Below, piece after piece: positions 1 to 10,069 of a stretch of DNA of 64,000 nt. Within the stretch, counting starts at the first letter, position 1, and each line of letters begins with the position of its first letter. The notes beneath the pieces were generated by a model, which had not been told where the DNA came from, made no database searches, and saw only the letters and a program-made list of their open reading frames with translations. A program made the position numbers and the translations under genes. The stretch spans positions 1,366 to 65,365 of the forward strand of contig CAYWBI010000005.1 of the NCBI GenBank assembly GCA_964456445.1. Direction: 5' to 3'. The stretch is from an uncultured Calditrichaceae bacterium. Lineage in GTDB: Bacteria > Calditrichota > Calditrichia > Calditrichales > J004.

Positions 1-1405
1 CCTCTTCCATAATTCTTTTTTGTAATTCCGACCATTTTTCTTTATTCGAATATAGGTTCTTTGCTTTTTTTGCCGCCTTCACCAAGGCCGATGCGGACAG
101 GTTTTCCATGATAAACCCGGAACCATCATCTATTTGCGGATCATATTCTTCCACGGTGTCCAGGAGACCTCCAACGGGCGCAACCACCGGTACTGTCCCA
201 TATTTTAAACTAAAAATCTGATTTAATCCACAAGGCTCGTAGCGTGAAGGCATTAAAAAGATATCCGCGCCGGCTACTATAAGGTGAGCCATTTTAACAT
301 CGTATGTTACATTAATATTCATGCTCCCGTTATATCGTTTTTGGGCATCCATTAACTTTTGTGCAAGAACCGGATCCCCCTCCCCGAGAATACATAGCTG
401 AACCCCTATATCCATTAACTGGGATAAGGTATCAATCAACAGATCTACACCCTTGGATGCTGTAAGCTGAGTAACCATACCAATAAGAGGCACCTTTTCA
501 TCATAGTTCATACCAAGGCGCATAAGCAATGCTTTTTTATTAATTTCTTTTCCTGAAAGATCTTTTGCCGAATATGTTGCGGGAATATTTTTATCCTTAT
601 CTGGGGTCCATACAGAATAGTCCACACCATTTAAGATACCTTCGAACCGTTCACCTTTTTCTTCCAGTAATTTGCCAAAGGAATATCCAATTTTATCGTT
701 TTCAGTTATTTCGTTGGCATAATTTTCGGATACCGTTGTAATGAAATCTGAAAAATAAATTGCGGCCTTGGTTAAATTAACCTTATTGTCTTTGCCAAAC
801 ATTCCGTCTTCTTTTACTTCATTCTCATCAAAATCAATCTCTTTGGCAATCGACTTATCAAATGCGCCCTGATTGGTCAGGTTGTGTATGGTATATACGG
901 TCTTGATGCCCTTAAAGAATGGTTCACTTTGGTAAATTGTTTTTAAGTACACAGGAACATAGGCTGTTTGCCAATCATTACAGTGAATAACATCGGGCTG
1001 CCATGAAAGGGTTTTTAATGTTTCCATTGCGGCCTTGGCAAAATAAGCAAAACGCAGGTAATTATCCTCATATTCTTCGTTGGATATCGGATCATGATAT
1101 AAGCCGGGATGGGAAAAGAAATCCGCAACCTCTACAAAATATACCTGTACTTTACTATCAGGTAAGAAAGCAGATTTTACATTTGCCTTTTCCGTTCTTT
1201 CGTTCAAAGTCACATCAATATCCCTTAGCCGGATCACTTCCCGAAGAACATATTTCCGCTCATTGATAAATTTATATTTGGGCATCATTATCCGAATTTC
1301 ATGGTTCAGGGTTTTTAAAGCCTTCGGTAAAGCACCCGTAACATCAGCCAAACTTCCAGATCTTGCAAAGGGGGAAATTTCTGAAGCTAAATATAAAATT
1401 TTCAT
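1..1405 (-). CDS. glgA: Glycogen/starch synthase (GT5), C-terminal part beyond the window edge
   Basis: Absent from the ORF track because it runs off the left edge. My translation of the minus strand from ATG 1405-1403 reads MKILYLASEISPFARSGSLADVTGALPKALKTLNHEIRIMMPKYKFI..., a typical N-terminus of bacterial glycogen synthases. The frame stays open to nt 1. Confidence 0.85.
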   Translation of the reverse strand, partial: MKILYLASEISPFARSGSLADVTGALPKALKTLNHEIRIMMPKYKFINERKYVLREVIRLRDIDVTLNERTEKANVKSAFLPDSKVQVYFVEVADFFSHPGLYHDPISNEEYEDNYLRFAYFAKAAMETLKTLSWQPDVIHCNDWQTAYVPVYLKTIYQSEPFFKGIKTVYTIHNLTNQGAFDKSIAKEIDFDENEVKEDGMFGKDNKVNLTKAAIYFSDFITTVSENYANEITENDKIGYSFGKLLEEKGERFEGILNGVDYSVWTPDKDKNIPATYSAKDLSGKEINKKALLMRLGMNYDEKVPLIGMVTQLTASKGVDLLIDTLSQLMDIGVQLCILGEGDPVLAQKLMDAQKRYNGSMNINVTYDVKMAHLIVAGADIFLMPSRYEPCGLNQIFSLKYGTVPVVAPVGGLLDTVEEYDPQIDDGSGFIMENLSASALVKAAKKAKNLYSNKEKWSELQKRIMEE

Positions 1406-1407
1406 CT

Positions 1408-2361
1408 TTAAACTACTTTCTGCTTTAAATACGTATTTCTCAATGATTCCGCTGCTTTTTGTACAACAATGCTATTTATATACATTCCGGTTGCCAATTC
1501 AAAACCGGCAATTTGAGTTGTTCTTGGAATAATTTTTATACAAAAATGTTGGCTTGCATTAAATAGTTGTTCCTTGATTGATGCAGAAAACAACATATTG
1601 TAAGCAAAGTTTAACTGTTTTTTCTGGAATATGTTTAATGTCGTCATAATAACTTCAGCAAGGTTTTCTATTTCATTGCTCCCGAGCATCTCATAACCAC
1701 TAATATGTCGAACGGGAAGGATTTCAATCTCGTAGGGGAATCTGGCCTGGTCTGAGATTTGCGCAATGAAATGTTCCGTTTGAAACACCCGGTTTGTGGT
1801 GTTTTGCTGTATTATTTTATGACATGTCTTACAGCAGTTTTTTTCCTTATAATATTCTTTATCATTTATAAGTGTTTCATACAACTGAAAGGGTATCGCA
1901 TCCATTCCCATTAGTTGAGAGTGTGCATGGGCAATCGTTGCGCCAGCCTGAGCGCCATGGTTTTTAAAAAGCAATACTGTTTTTATTTTGTTTTTTTTTA
2001 ATCCTGCTTTTATTCTACTCTGATAGAGCGTTAAAACATTTTTAAAATGTTCCATGGGGAACAAAAGTATGTCCTTATCATGAAGCGGTGTTTCAACAAT
2101 TACCTCATGAAACCCATATGTTGTATCTTCTGAGTTTGAAAACACCGGATATTTATTGAGAAAAGATCGTACTAACCAAATATCCCTTTGTAATAATTCT
2201 TCTGTTGACGGTGGCGTTAGGAACTCATTGCCCGGACAAAAAGGACAGTTTTTAACATTGGTCCCGGAAACGATTGGTCTATTTCCCCTGGAAGGGGCAA
2301 ATAAAACACTGTTTTTATAAACTTTAATATTATTGATTTTATCTCTGGTTCTTAATTGTCT
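1408..2361 (-). CDS. Galactose-1-phosphate uridylyltransferase (GalT/HIT) family protein; true start unresolved
   Basis: ORF 1408..2145 carries the GalT-type active site AHAHSQLMG. The same frame stays open upstream to 2361 (stop TAA 2364-2362) and encodes ...FAPSRGNRPIVSGTNVKNCPFCPGNEF..., the conserved Zn-site N-terminal part of the family. The end coordinate is the open-frame limit. Confidence 0.7.
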   Translation of the reverse strand, partial: RQLRTRDKINNIKVYKNSVLFAPSRGNRPIVSGTNVKNCPFCPGNEFLTPPSTEELLQRDIWLVRSFLNKYPVFSNSEDTTYGFHEVIVETPLHDKDILLFPMEHFKNVLTLYQSRIKAGLKKNKIKTVLLFKNHGAQAGATIAHAHSQLMGMDAIPFQLYETLINDKEYYKEKNCCKTCHKIIQQNTTNRVFQTEHFIAQISDQARFPYEIEILPVRHISGYEMLGSNEIENLAEVIMTTLNIFQKKQLNFAYNMLFSASIKEQLFNASQHFCIKIIPRTTQIAGFELATGMYINSIVVQKAAESLRNTYLKQKVV

Positions 2362-2428
2362 TTATAGGGTAAATTTAAAGATTATTTATATTTTAAGCAA
2401 GATTCGCTGTTTCGTATGATTGAGGTGA

Positions 2429-3175
2429 TTAAAAATTAGAAAGAAAACTATAAATTTCCTTTTTTATAATTTCTTTTTCTACATCTAAAGAAAGTATGTG
2501 GTAGGATTTTTCCAGACACAAGGTTCGTTTGTTTTGTGATGAAATTTTTTCATAAATGATATTCGAGCTTTTGGGGTCAATCGTATGGTCCAATTTTGAA
2601 TGGAATATTAAAGCCGGACAATAAACATCTTCCAAATCATCCACTACATGTTTAAATAGTTTAGCCAGCTCCGCCACGGAGGCCATCGGTATGTTTTTAT
2701 AAGTTACTATTTTTCTTTTTTCATTTTCATCCGAGATATCCGCCCCATTTTTTTTAATCGTTCTCTTTAAGGGCGACAAATAATTTGCCATAAACGTAAA
2801 TTTATTTTTAAAGATAAGACCGGGCGACATTAAAACAATGCCATCCAATTGATAGTGTGCTGCGAGGTGAAGCGCGAGTGTTCCACCCATCGACTGGCCG
2901 ATAGCAATAATTTTACCGGATTTTTTGCTTTTTCTTATATCAAAAAGTTCATTCTTGGCAGAATTGTTCCATTGTTTCCAATTCGTTTTTTCTAAGTCCT
3001 GAGGATGTGTTCCGTGCCCGGCTATAAGTGGCACCCTAATCGAAAACCCCAGTTTGTTAAAATATGCGGCAAATTCCCGGAACTCATAAGGTGTTCCGGT
3101 AAAGCCATGAAGAAACAACAATGTAATATCCGACCCTTTTAGAGAGATGGGATCACTTCCTAATAATAATTTCAT
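2429..3175 (-). CDS. Alpha/beta hydrolase, carboxylesterase/lysophospholipase-like
   Basis: 248 aa. LFLHGFTG oxyanion-region motif and GQSMGG nucleophile elbow (GxSxG). The start overlaps the stop of the upstream permease by 4 nt (ATGA). Confidence 0.75.
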   Translation of the reverse strand: MKLLLGSDPISLKGSDITLLFLHGFTGTPYEFREFAAYFNKLGFSIRVPLIAGHGTHPQDLEKTNWKQWNNSAKNELFDIRKSKKSGKIIAIGQSMGGTLALHLAAHYQLDGIVLMSPGLIFKNKFTFMANYLSPLKRTIKKNGADISDENEKRKIVTYKNIPMASVAELAKLFKHVVDDLEDVYCPALIFHSKLDHTIDPKSSNIIYEKISSQNKRTLCLEKSYHILSLDVEKEIIKKEIYSFLSNF

Positions 3176-5241
3176 TTTTCCTGATATAATTTGGTAATAC
3201 CATCCGGGTTGCCAATTATGGTTAATTTATCATTTCTGTTTAGTTTCATTTCACCGTTGGGGACAATAATTTCGCCATTTCGTTGAATTATTGCAATCAG
3301 ACATTTTTCGGGCAGCTTTATTTCATTTAGCTTCTTTCCTATCCAATCCGCATGTATTTCATTTTCCTGCAAAACAATACGAATGTAGCGGTCTTCCCGT
3401 AACAAAAGTTCCTTTATATCTTGTTCGGTTTTAGCTTCCTCCCACAAATTCATAAAGTTTTCATTGTCGATATGACTGGCGATCTGAGCCAATATGCGTA
3501 GATGTTGCCCGGGGTTCTCTTCCGGGCTTACAAGGAAAAAGAAGGCCTTAATTGTACTCGATTTTTTATCCGTACCTTCTACTCCGTAGTCTTGAACAAC
3601 CGTGACCGGCTGTTGCGTACGAATTATTACCAGCTCAGAATGATCTAAGTTGGGTAACCTGAGATGTGGAAGAGCCGCTCCTTTTGCTACTGGCGTTGCA
3701 CCGATAAGCGTGCCATCTAAAAATTGCTTTTCTAAAAAGCTGCTGTTTTTTGATACAATTTTTGATAACTTCATTGATGCCGTTTTTACAACACTTTCGA
3801 ATGATTCCGTTGATTTTATTTCAAGTACAGTTGCCGTAGTAATTACAGCATCAAAGGGATCCTGGTCTCTAAGGCCCTTCTCTTTGAGTATTTCACGTAA
3901 CTCCGTATCCAACCCGTCAAAGCGATGTTCTCCCAGTCGGGCAAAAATATGATAAATCGCCCCATCTCTTACAACTCTGCCCCGGCCATAATAAAAATAC
4001 CAAAAACTGCCAACAATCACCAACAATAAGGTAAAAAGTGATGGGAGAATACCCATCTCAAAAATCAGCCAAAGCGTAGAAATCATACCGAATATTTGCA
4101 TCCATGGATACAACGGCGATTTAAATCCAGGGTCATAAGATTCGATCTTACTTTCACGCATAACAATTACTGCAAGAGAACTAATGGCAAACAAAAGCAG
4201 CTGGAAGGCCCCGGCCAATTTAGCAATCTTTATCGGATTAAATATAACAAGGACAAGTATAATAAACCCAACGGTAATATACACAGAATTTACAGGCACT
4301 TTTTTTGCCGTAAGTTTTTTAAAAAGTGGTGGAAAGAGGTGGTCCCGGCTCATTGCCATGGGGTACCTGGATGCACTTAATATACCGGCATTGGCCACGG
4401 ATAAAAAAGCAAATACCGCCGCAAAAGTCATAACTAACGCACCAATTTTACCAGAAAAAAAATGTGCTGTCAGTGCAACAGGGGTTAAGCTGCCAGAGAG
4501 TTCTGCAGCAGGAACCACCGAAACCATAACCAATGTACCAAATACATAAAAGATTAAAGCAACACCCAATGCGCTAAACATTGCCAAAGGCAGGTTTTTT
4601 TCCGGCTTTTTAACCTCTTCACTTATGCTGGCAACTTTTGATAAGCCAACATAACTTACATAAATTAAACCCGCTGTAGAAAACACCGATCCCGTAGGTG
4701 CATTGAATATACTTTTAATATTTTCAATTCTTATTTCCGGGATACCAGATCCAAGAAACCATACTAACAGCGACGTGAGAAGAAGCACAAGAATAATTTG
4801 AAACCCGCCCGATTTCTTGGCGCCAAACAAATTTATAAAGCCAAACAACAATGCAAAACCAATGGCCAAAGGCAACATATCCACATTTGGTACAATTAAT
4901 TTTAAATATGCCCCAATCCCTACCAAGGCAAACGAAGTTTTTAGAACAAGGACGAACCAGGTTCCCAGTCCACCAATTGTGCCCATCAGTGGCCCAAGGC
5001 TTCTATCCAGAAAGAAATATACACCACCGGACCGTGGCATGGCGGTGGCAAGTTCGGACATGCTAAATAATGCAGGAATTACCGGAATCGCAGCAACTAC
5101 ATAACTAAGAACCATCCCGGGGCCCGCACTGGCATAGGCCAATCCGGGAAGAAGGAAAAAACCCGAGGCGATGGTTGCGCCCAGGGCAATGGTAAAAATA
5201 TTTAGAAACCCAAGTTCCTTTTTCAGGCGTATCAATTTCAT
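3172..5241 (-). CDS. APC-superfamily permease fused to a PTS-EIIA(type 2)-like domain and a TrkA-C (RCK-C) domain
   Basis: 689 aa. About 12 hydrophobic helices in the first ~430 aa. These are followed by ...GATPVAKGAALPHLRLP...AFFFLVSPEENPGQHLRILAQIA (EIIA-2-like pattern with a His) and a terminal ...CLIAIIQRNGEIIVPNGEMKLNRNDKLTIIG (TrkA-C pattern). Confidence 0.7.
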   Translation of the reverse strand: MKLIRLKKELGFLNIFTIALGATIASGFFLLPGLAYASAGPGMVLSYVVAAIPVIPALFSMSELATAMPRSGGVYFFLDRSLGPLMGTIGGLGTWFVLVLKTSFALVGIGAYLKLIVPNVDMLPLAIGFALLFGFINLFGAKKSGGFQIILVLLLTSLLVWFLGSGIPEIRIENIKSIFNAPTGSVFSTAGLIYVSYVGLSKVASISEEVKKPEKNLPLAMFSALGVALIFYVFGTLVMVSVVPAAELSGSLTPVALTAHFFSGKIGALVMTFAAVFAFLSVANAGILSASRYPMAMSRDHLFPPLFKKLTAKKVPVNSVYITVGFIILVLVIFNPIKIAKLAGAFQLLLFAISSLAVIVMRESKIESYDPGFKSPLYPWMQIFGMISTLWLIFEMGILPSLFTLLLVIVGSFWYFYYGRGRVVRDGAIYHIFARLGEHRFDGLDTELREILKEKGLRDQDPFDAVITTATVLEIKSTESFESVVKTASMKLSKIVSKNSSFLEKQFLDGTLIGATPVAKGAALPHLRLPNLDHSELVIIRTQQPVTVVQDYGVEGTDKKSSTIKAFFFLVSPEENPGQHLRILAQIASHIDNENFMNLWEEAKTEQDIKELLLREDRYIRIVLQENEIHADWIGKKLNEIKLPEKCLIAIIQRNGEIIVPNGEMKLNRNDKLTIIGNPDGITKLYQEK

Positions 5242-6164
5242 AAGTTGTTGTTTTTCCAGCCCTTAACGGCCTTTTTTAAATATCCGTTATTTTCCGTTAT
5301 TTCCTTGAGTGCCGTATCATACGGCTGATTGGTCAGCCCCATAAATATTGCTGCTTTCACCTGCCCCTTTGCATCGGTTAATAAACTTGAAGCTTTTGTA
5401 TAATCAACATCACAAGCCAACATGATGATCCTCTTCGACCTTTCAACAAGCTTAATATTGTTTTGTTGTAAATCAATCATCATGTTTTCATAAACTTTGC
5501 CATTAAGGATAAATGCTGTTGTGGTCAACATATTCAAAACCATTTTTTGTGTGGAACCCGCTTTCAAACGCGTGGATCCCATAACAACCTCGGGACCGGG
5601 TATGGGACAAATTGCAACATCTACATCAAATTGCAGGCTTTCCCTGGGGTTACATACAATAGCCAAGGTTTTGCAGTTATATTTTTTAGCTTCCTGCAAC
5701 GCGCCCAAGACATAGGGCGTCCTTTTGCTCGCGGCAATACCGCATACAACATCTTCGGTGGTCGGGTTTAATGTTTTTAAGTCTTTTGCTCCATTTTCTT
5801 CAAAGTCTTCAAAACCTTCAACTGCTTGATACAAGGCCTTCTTACCCCCGGCGATCAAACCAACAACCATTTCATTTGGCACACCAAAGGTTGGTGGGCA
5901 CTCCGATGCGTCCAGCACGCCCAGCCGCCCGGAGGTACCGGCGCCAACATAAATAAGCCGTCCTCCTTTACGAAATGCCTTCGAAACAATTTCAACTGCT
6001 TCAGCTATGTAAGGGATTTCTTTTTCTATTGCAATGGGTACCTTTTTGTCTTCAGAATTCATTAATCTTAATATTTGAACCGCGTTCATCTCATCAAGAT
6101 GTGTTGATTTTGTATTTCTTCGTTCGGTAACTAAGCCAGACAATTCTTTAAACACTGAATGCAT
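5238..6164 (-). CDS. murQ: N-acetylmuramic acid 6-phosphate etherase
   Basis: 308 aa. SIS-domain signature YVGAGTSGRLGVLDASECPPTFG and overall length typical of MurQ. ATGA overlap with the downstream permease. Confidence 0.85.
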   Translation of the reverse strand: MHSVFKELSGLVTERRNTKSTHLDEMNAVQILRLMNSEDKKVPIAIEKEIPYIAEAVEIVSKAFRKGGRLIYVGAGTSGRLGVLDASECPPTFGVPNEMVVGLIAGGKKALYQAVEGFEDFEENGAKDLKTLNPTTEDVVCGIAASKRTPYVLGALQEAKKYNCKTLAIVCNPRESLQFDVDVAICPIPGPEVVMGSTRLKAGSTQKMVLNMLTTTAFILNGKVYENMMIDLQQNNIKLVERSKRIIMLACDVDYTKASSLLTDAKGQVKAAIFMGLTNQPYDTALKEITENNGYLKKAVKGWKNNNL

Positions 6165-6861
6165 TTGTTTTCCTATATATTATTGTTTTTTTTGAGCTCA
6201 AATGACTAGAGAACTTAACCCATGATTTTCCAGGTACATCCACCAGGAACATTGATTCTTTTATTGGATAATTTATTTCGTCTTTATAATTGGCACCTTT
6301 TATGGTGATCATAAAACCTGAATTCCTTAGCAACGGTTCAGCCATCGGAACTAAGGCCGACAGTGCCGTTAATCCCCTGGCCGTAACAAGATCAAATTCA
6401 GGCCCCACGTTGTTTGCATAGTTTTCGATGCGGTCATTAACAACCTCGGCGTCAATATCGATCTCTCGAACTACTTTTCTTAAAAACAGTGTTTTTTTTC
6501 GGTTGCTATCAACGAGAACAACATGTTGCCCCAACAATACCGCGATTAGAATCCCGGGAAAACCAGCTCCTGTACCAATATCCACAATCTGTAGTGGTTT
6601 ATCGATCGGCGACAAGATGTCTCTAATAATATCGCAATAAAGACAACTATCCACAAAATGATTGCTCACCAACAAATCCCTGTCTCTTAAAGATACCAGG
6701 TTTTGTACATTCTTATACTTGTTTAAGAGTTCAAGATATAGATAAAGTTGATTTTCTTGTATAGAGGAAAGTGGATATTTTTTCCGTTTCAGGAAGCCAA
6801 TAAGGCGAAGCAGGTCATCTTTTTGTTCCACGTGAAACGGCCTCCCTTTTATACTTTTCAA
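6148..6861 (-). CDS. rsmG: 16S rRNA (guanine527-N7)-methyltransferase
   Basis: SAM-binding motif VDIGTGAGFPGILIAV. Sits directly downstream of mnmG, as in gidA-gidB operons. The start is uncertain: the listed ORF overlaps mnmG by 47 nt, and an in-frame GTG at 6831 would cut that to 17 nt. Confidence 0.85.
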   Translation of the reverse strand: MKSIKGRPFHVEQKDDLLRLIGFLKRKKYPLSSIQENQLYLYLELLNKYKNVQNLVSLRDRDLLVSNHFVDSCLYCDIIRDILSPIDKPLQIVDIGTGAGFPGILIAVLLGQHVVLVDSNRKKTLFLRKVVREIDIDAEVVNDRIENYANNVGPEFDLVTARGLTALSALVPMAEPLLRNSGFMITIKGANYKDEINYPIKESMFLVDVPGKSWVKFSSHLSSKKTIIYRKTNAFSV

Positions 6862-8686
6862 TATAAACCATCAAAACAGAAATATCAGCAGGAGAAACCC
6901 CGGCAATTCTGGATGCTTGCCCAAGTGTGTCGGGTTTGATTTGGTTTAATTTTTCCTTTGATTCAGCGGAAAGCGCATTAATTGCTAAATAATTAATTTC
7001 GAAAGGAATCTGTTTTCCCTCGGCCTTGACATACCTTTCCATCATCGTTTTTTGGCGGGCAAGATATCCGGCATACTTTACTGAATACTCAACATCGCTA
7101 ACAGCGTCATCTGAAAATTTCCCATCGCTTACAAAAGGAAGTAGCTTGTTTAATTTCACCTCAGGTCTTTTTATCAAATTCTTTACACTCGTTGAAACTT
7201 CAATCGGCGATGATGCCGGAAAAACACTATGAAAAATATCTGGCGTGATATTCCGGCCTATGGAATTGTTTAGCAGATTACTTATTTGAGATTTCTTTAA
7301 CTCTAATTTTTTCCTTGCAGACAACGAGACCGTACCCAAATCAATACCATACTTCATTAATCGTAGGTCAGCATTATCTTGTCGCAACATCAAACGGAAC
7401 TCCGCCCGGGATGTAAACATCCGATACGGTTCTTCATGGATCTTATTTATTAAATCATCAATCAATACACCGATATAGGCGTCCGATCTTTGTAAGACGA
7501 ACGGCTCTTTTCTTTTTATTTTCAAAGCAGCATTAATTCCCGCCATCAATCCCTGGGCCGCAGCCTCCTCATAACCGGAGGTACCATTTATCTGCCCGGA
7601 TAGATACAACCCTTGCAGTGCTTTTGACTCAAGAGTGTTAGTTAGTTGGTCTGGCGGGAAAAAATCGTATTCTACGGCATAGCCGAGCCGGAGAATTTTA
7701 ACATTGCTTAAGCCTTTGATTGTCTTAATGGCTTTTTCCTGTATATCTGCGGGGAGGCTGGTTGAAAAGCCATTAACATACACTTCCTTGCTATGATAGC
7801 CTTCGGGTTCCAAAAATATCTGATGTCTGTCCTTATGGGCAAATCTATCGATTTTATCTTCGATAGATGGGCAATACCGCGGGCCCTGGCCTTGTATTCG
7901 GCCCGTAAACATGGGAGACCGATCAAAGCCAGTTCTTAATATCTTATGAGTCTGCTCATTGGTATAAGTAATAAAACAATTGATTTGTTTTTGCAATATC
8001 GCTTCTGTTGCAAAAGAAAATGGTTTTGGAGGATAATCAGGGGGCTGTATTTCCGTTTGGGAAAAATCAATACTTTTAATATCCACGCGCGGTGGCGTTC
8101 CCGTTTTTAGCCGGCCGCATCTAAAACCAACAGCTTGCAGTTTGTCGGATATCCCACGCGATGGCAAGTCCCCTGCCCGGCCAGCGCTGAGCTTCTGCTC
8201 GCCGACATGAATCACGCCATTTAAAAATGTGCCTGCTGACAAAATAACAGCCTTTGCTTCCAAGCATACACCATCATCGCACAATACACCAACACATTTA
8301 TCGCCCCGAAGGAGAACATCTACAACGCGTTTTTCAATGATCTGAACATTTGCATCCTTTAATGTTTTTTGGGCCACCTGTGCATATAGCCACCGGTCTG
8401 CCTGTGCACGGGGAGATTGTACCGCCAACCCCTTAGACATATTCAGCATTTTAAAATGAATGCCGGCCAGATCAATTATCCGTGCCATTGCCCCGCCGAG
8501 GGCATCTATTTCCCGGACCAACTGTCCTTTTGCCAAACCACCAATCGCCGGGTTACAGGACATTAAGCCTATTTTTTTCTCATCCAGGGTGACCATCGCA
8601 ACTGACATGCCCAATTTAGATGCAATAAAAGCGGCTTCTATACCTGCGTGTCCCCCTCCAACTACAATAATATCTAGTTTATTCAT
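6815..8686 (-). CDS. mnmG: tRNA uridine-5-carboxymethylaminomethyl modification enzyme
   Basis: 623 aa. N-terminal FAD motif VVGGGHAGIEAA, then SCNPAIGG and GQINGTSGYEEAAAQG, all typical of GidA/MnmG. Confidence 0.95.
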   Translation of the reverse strand: MNKLDIIVVGGGHAGIEAAFIASKLGMSVAMVTLDEKKIGLMSCNPAIGGLAKGQLVREIDALGGAMARIIDLAGIHFKMLNMSKGLAVQSPRAQADRWLYAQVAQKTLKDANVQIIEKRVVDVLLRGDKCVGVLCDDGVCLEAKAVILSAGTFLNGVIHVGEQKLSAGRAGDLPSRGISDKLQAVGFRCGRLKTGTPPRVDIKSIDFSQTEIQPPDYPPKPFSFATEAILQKQINCFITYTNEQTHKILRTGFDRSPMFTGRIQGQGPRYCPSIEDKIDRFAHKDRHQIFLEPEGYHSKEVYVNGFSTSLPADIQEKAIKTIKGLSNVKILRLGYAVEYDFFPPDQLTNTLESKALQGLYLSGQINGTSGYEEAAAQGLMAGINAALKIKRKEPFVLQRSDAYIGVLIDDLINKIHEEPYRMFTSRAEFRLMLRQDNADLRLMKYGIDLGTVSLSARKKLELKKSQISNLLNNSIGRNITPDIFHSVFPASSPIEVSTSVKNLIKRPEVKLNKLLPFVSDGKFSDDAVSDVEYSVKYAGYLARQKTMMERYVKAEGKQIPFEINYLAINALSAESKEKLNQIKPDTLGQASRIAGVSPADISVLMVYIEKYKREAVSRGTKR

Positions 8687-8701
8687 GTTTCACGTGAAAC
8701 T

Positions 8702-10063
8702 CTATTTTCCTATACAAAAATGACCGAAGATGTTATTTAAGATGTCTTCGGTAGATATGCCACCACTTAGTTCATTTATAAATCCAATGGCTGCACGGAT
8801 GTCAAAAGCTATAAATTCAGACTGCTTTGTACTTCCCATGTTATGCTTCGTTCGATTTAAAGCATCGCGCAGAGCTACAAGAATATTATATTGTCTTTTG
8901 TTCGTTATAACAATGCTCTCTCCGCCTACAGATTTTTTTACTAACGACGAAATTTGTTTCTTTACAGTATCCATATTTGTTTCTTTTAAAGCAGATACAA
9001 ACACAACATCTATATTGTTTTGTTCAATATACAGAAGAAAATCCTTACAAGCCGGCAAGTCACTTTTGTTTGCAATTGCCAAATACTTACTCCCTTGTTG
9101 ATTTAAAAGCTCTAATATCTCGAAATCCGTATCTGTGGGCTTTGTTGATGCATCAAGAACGATCAAAACTAAATCCGAAGAAGAGACAATTTTTTTTGCC
9201 CTGACGATCCCTTCTTGTTCAATCTGGTCGTGGCTAAACCTTATACCTGCCGTGTCAATTAGTCGATACAGTAAGCCATCCATTTCAAATTCCTCATGGA
9301 TGGTATCCCGTGTTGTACCCGGTTTTTCAGAAACGATAACCCGGTCCTGGTTTAACAAGCAGTTCATCAGGCTGGATTTACCAACATTCGGTTTGCCAAG
9401 AATAACAACGCGGATCGCCTGATTGAAATGTTTATTTTCAGAATATGATTTAATAAGTGGTTCAACAAAGGATAAGGTAGAATCAATTTTCGCTTCGATT
9501 TCAGAAGGGGAAACAAAATCAATATCTTCTTCGCTGAAATCGATTTGAAGTTCAAGCAGTGATGCAATGGACAATAAATCTTCTTTGATCTTATTTATCT
9601 TTTTCGATAAATAGCCATCTAATAAAATCGAAGAGTTATCAACAGCGTGCTGATTTTTAGCGGCGATTAAATCCGCTATTGCCTCGGCCTGGATCAGGTC
9701 TATTTTGCCATTTAAAAACGCCCGTCTGGAAAACTCGCCGGGGTCGGCAATCCTGACGCCCTCAGATAAAAACAAATCAATTATTTTATTTGTAATAAAA
9801 TAGTTCCCATGGCAACTAATCTCGATGACGTTTTCCCCGGTAAAGGAATGTGGTCTTTTGAAAAAACTTATCAAAACATCATCTATTTTAATTTTCTTGT
9901 TCTTTATCTTGCCAAAATAAACCTTGTTTCCTCTGTTTTTATCTATCGTTTTATTGAAATGTTTATTTGTAACTTCTAATGCATTCTGTCCAGAAATACG
10001 AATAACATTAACACTTCCTAAACCAACAGCAGTGATTGGTGCAATTATTGTATCCCTATCCAT
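8702..10063 (-). CDS. mnmE: tRNA modification GTPase
   Basis: 453 aa. G-domain motifs GKPNVGKSS and DTAGIR, plus the C-terminal CIGK tail characteristic of TrmE/MnmE. Confidence 0.95.
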   Translation of the reverse strand: MDRDTIIAPITAVGLGSVNVIRISGQNALEVTNKHFNKTIDKNRGNKVYFGKIKNKKIKIDDVLISFFKRPHSFTGENVIEISCHGNYFITNKIIDLFLSEGVRIADPGEFSRRAFLNGKIDLIQAEAIADLIAAKNQHAVDNSSILLDGYLSKKINKIKEDLLSIASLLELQIDFSEEDIDFVSPSEIEAKIDSTLSFVEPLIKSYSENKHFNQAIRVVILGKPNVGKSSLMNCLLNQDRVIVSEKPGTTRDTIHEEFEMDGLLYRLIDTAGIRFSHDQIEQEGIVRAKKIVSSSDLVLIVLDASTKPTDTDFEILELLNQQGSKYLAIANKSDLPACKDFLLYIEQNNIDVVFVSALKETNMDTVKKQISSLVKKSVGGESIVITNKRQYNILVALRDALNRTKHNMGSTKQSEFIAFDIRAAIGFINELSGGISTEDILNNIFGHFCIGK

Positions 10064-10069
10064 CTCATA

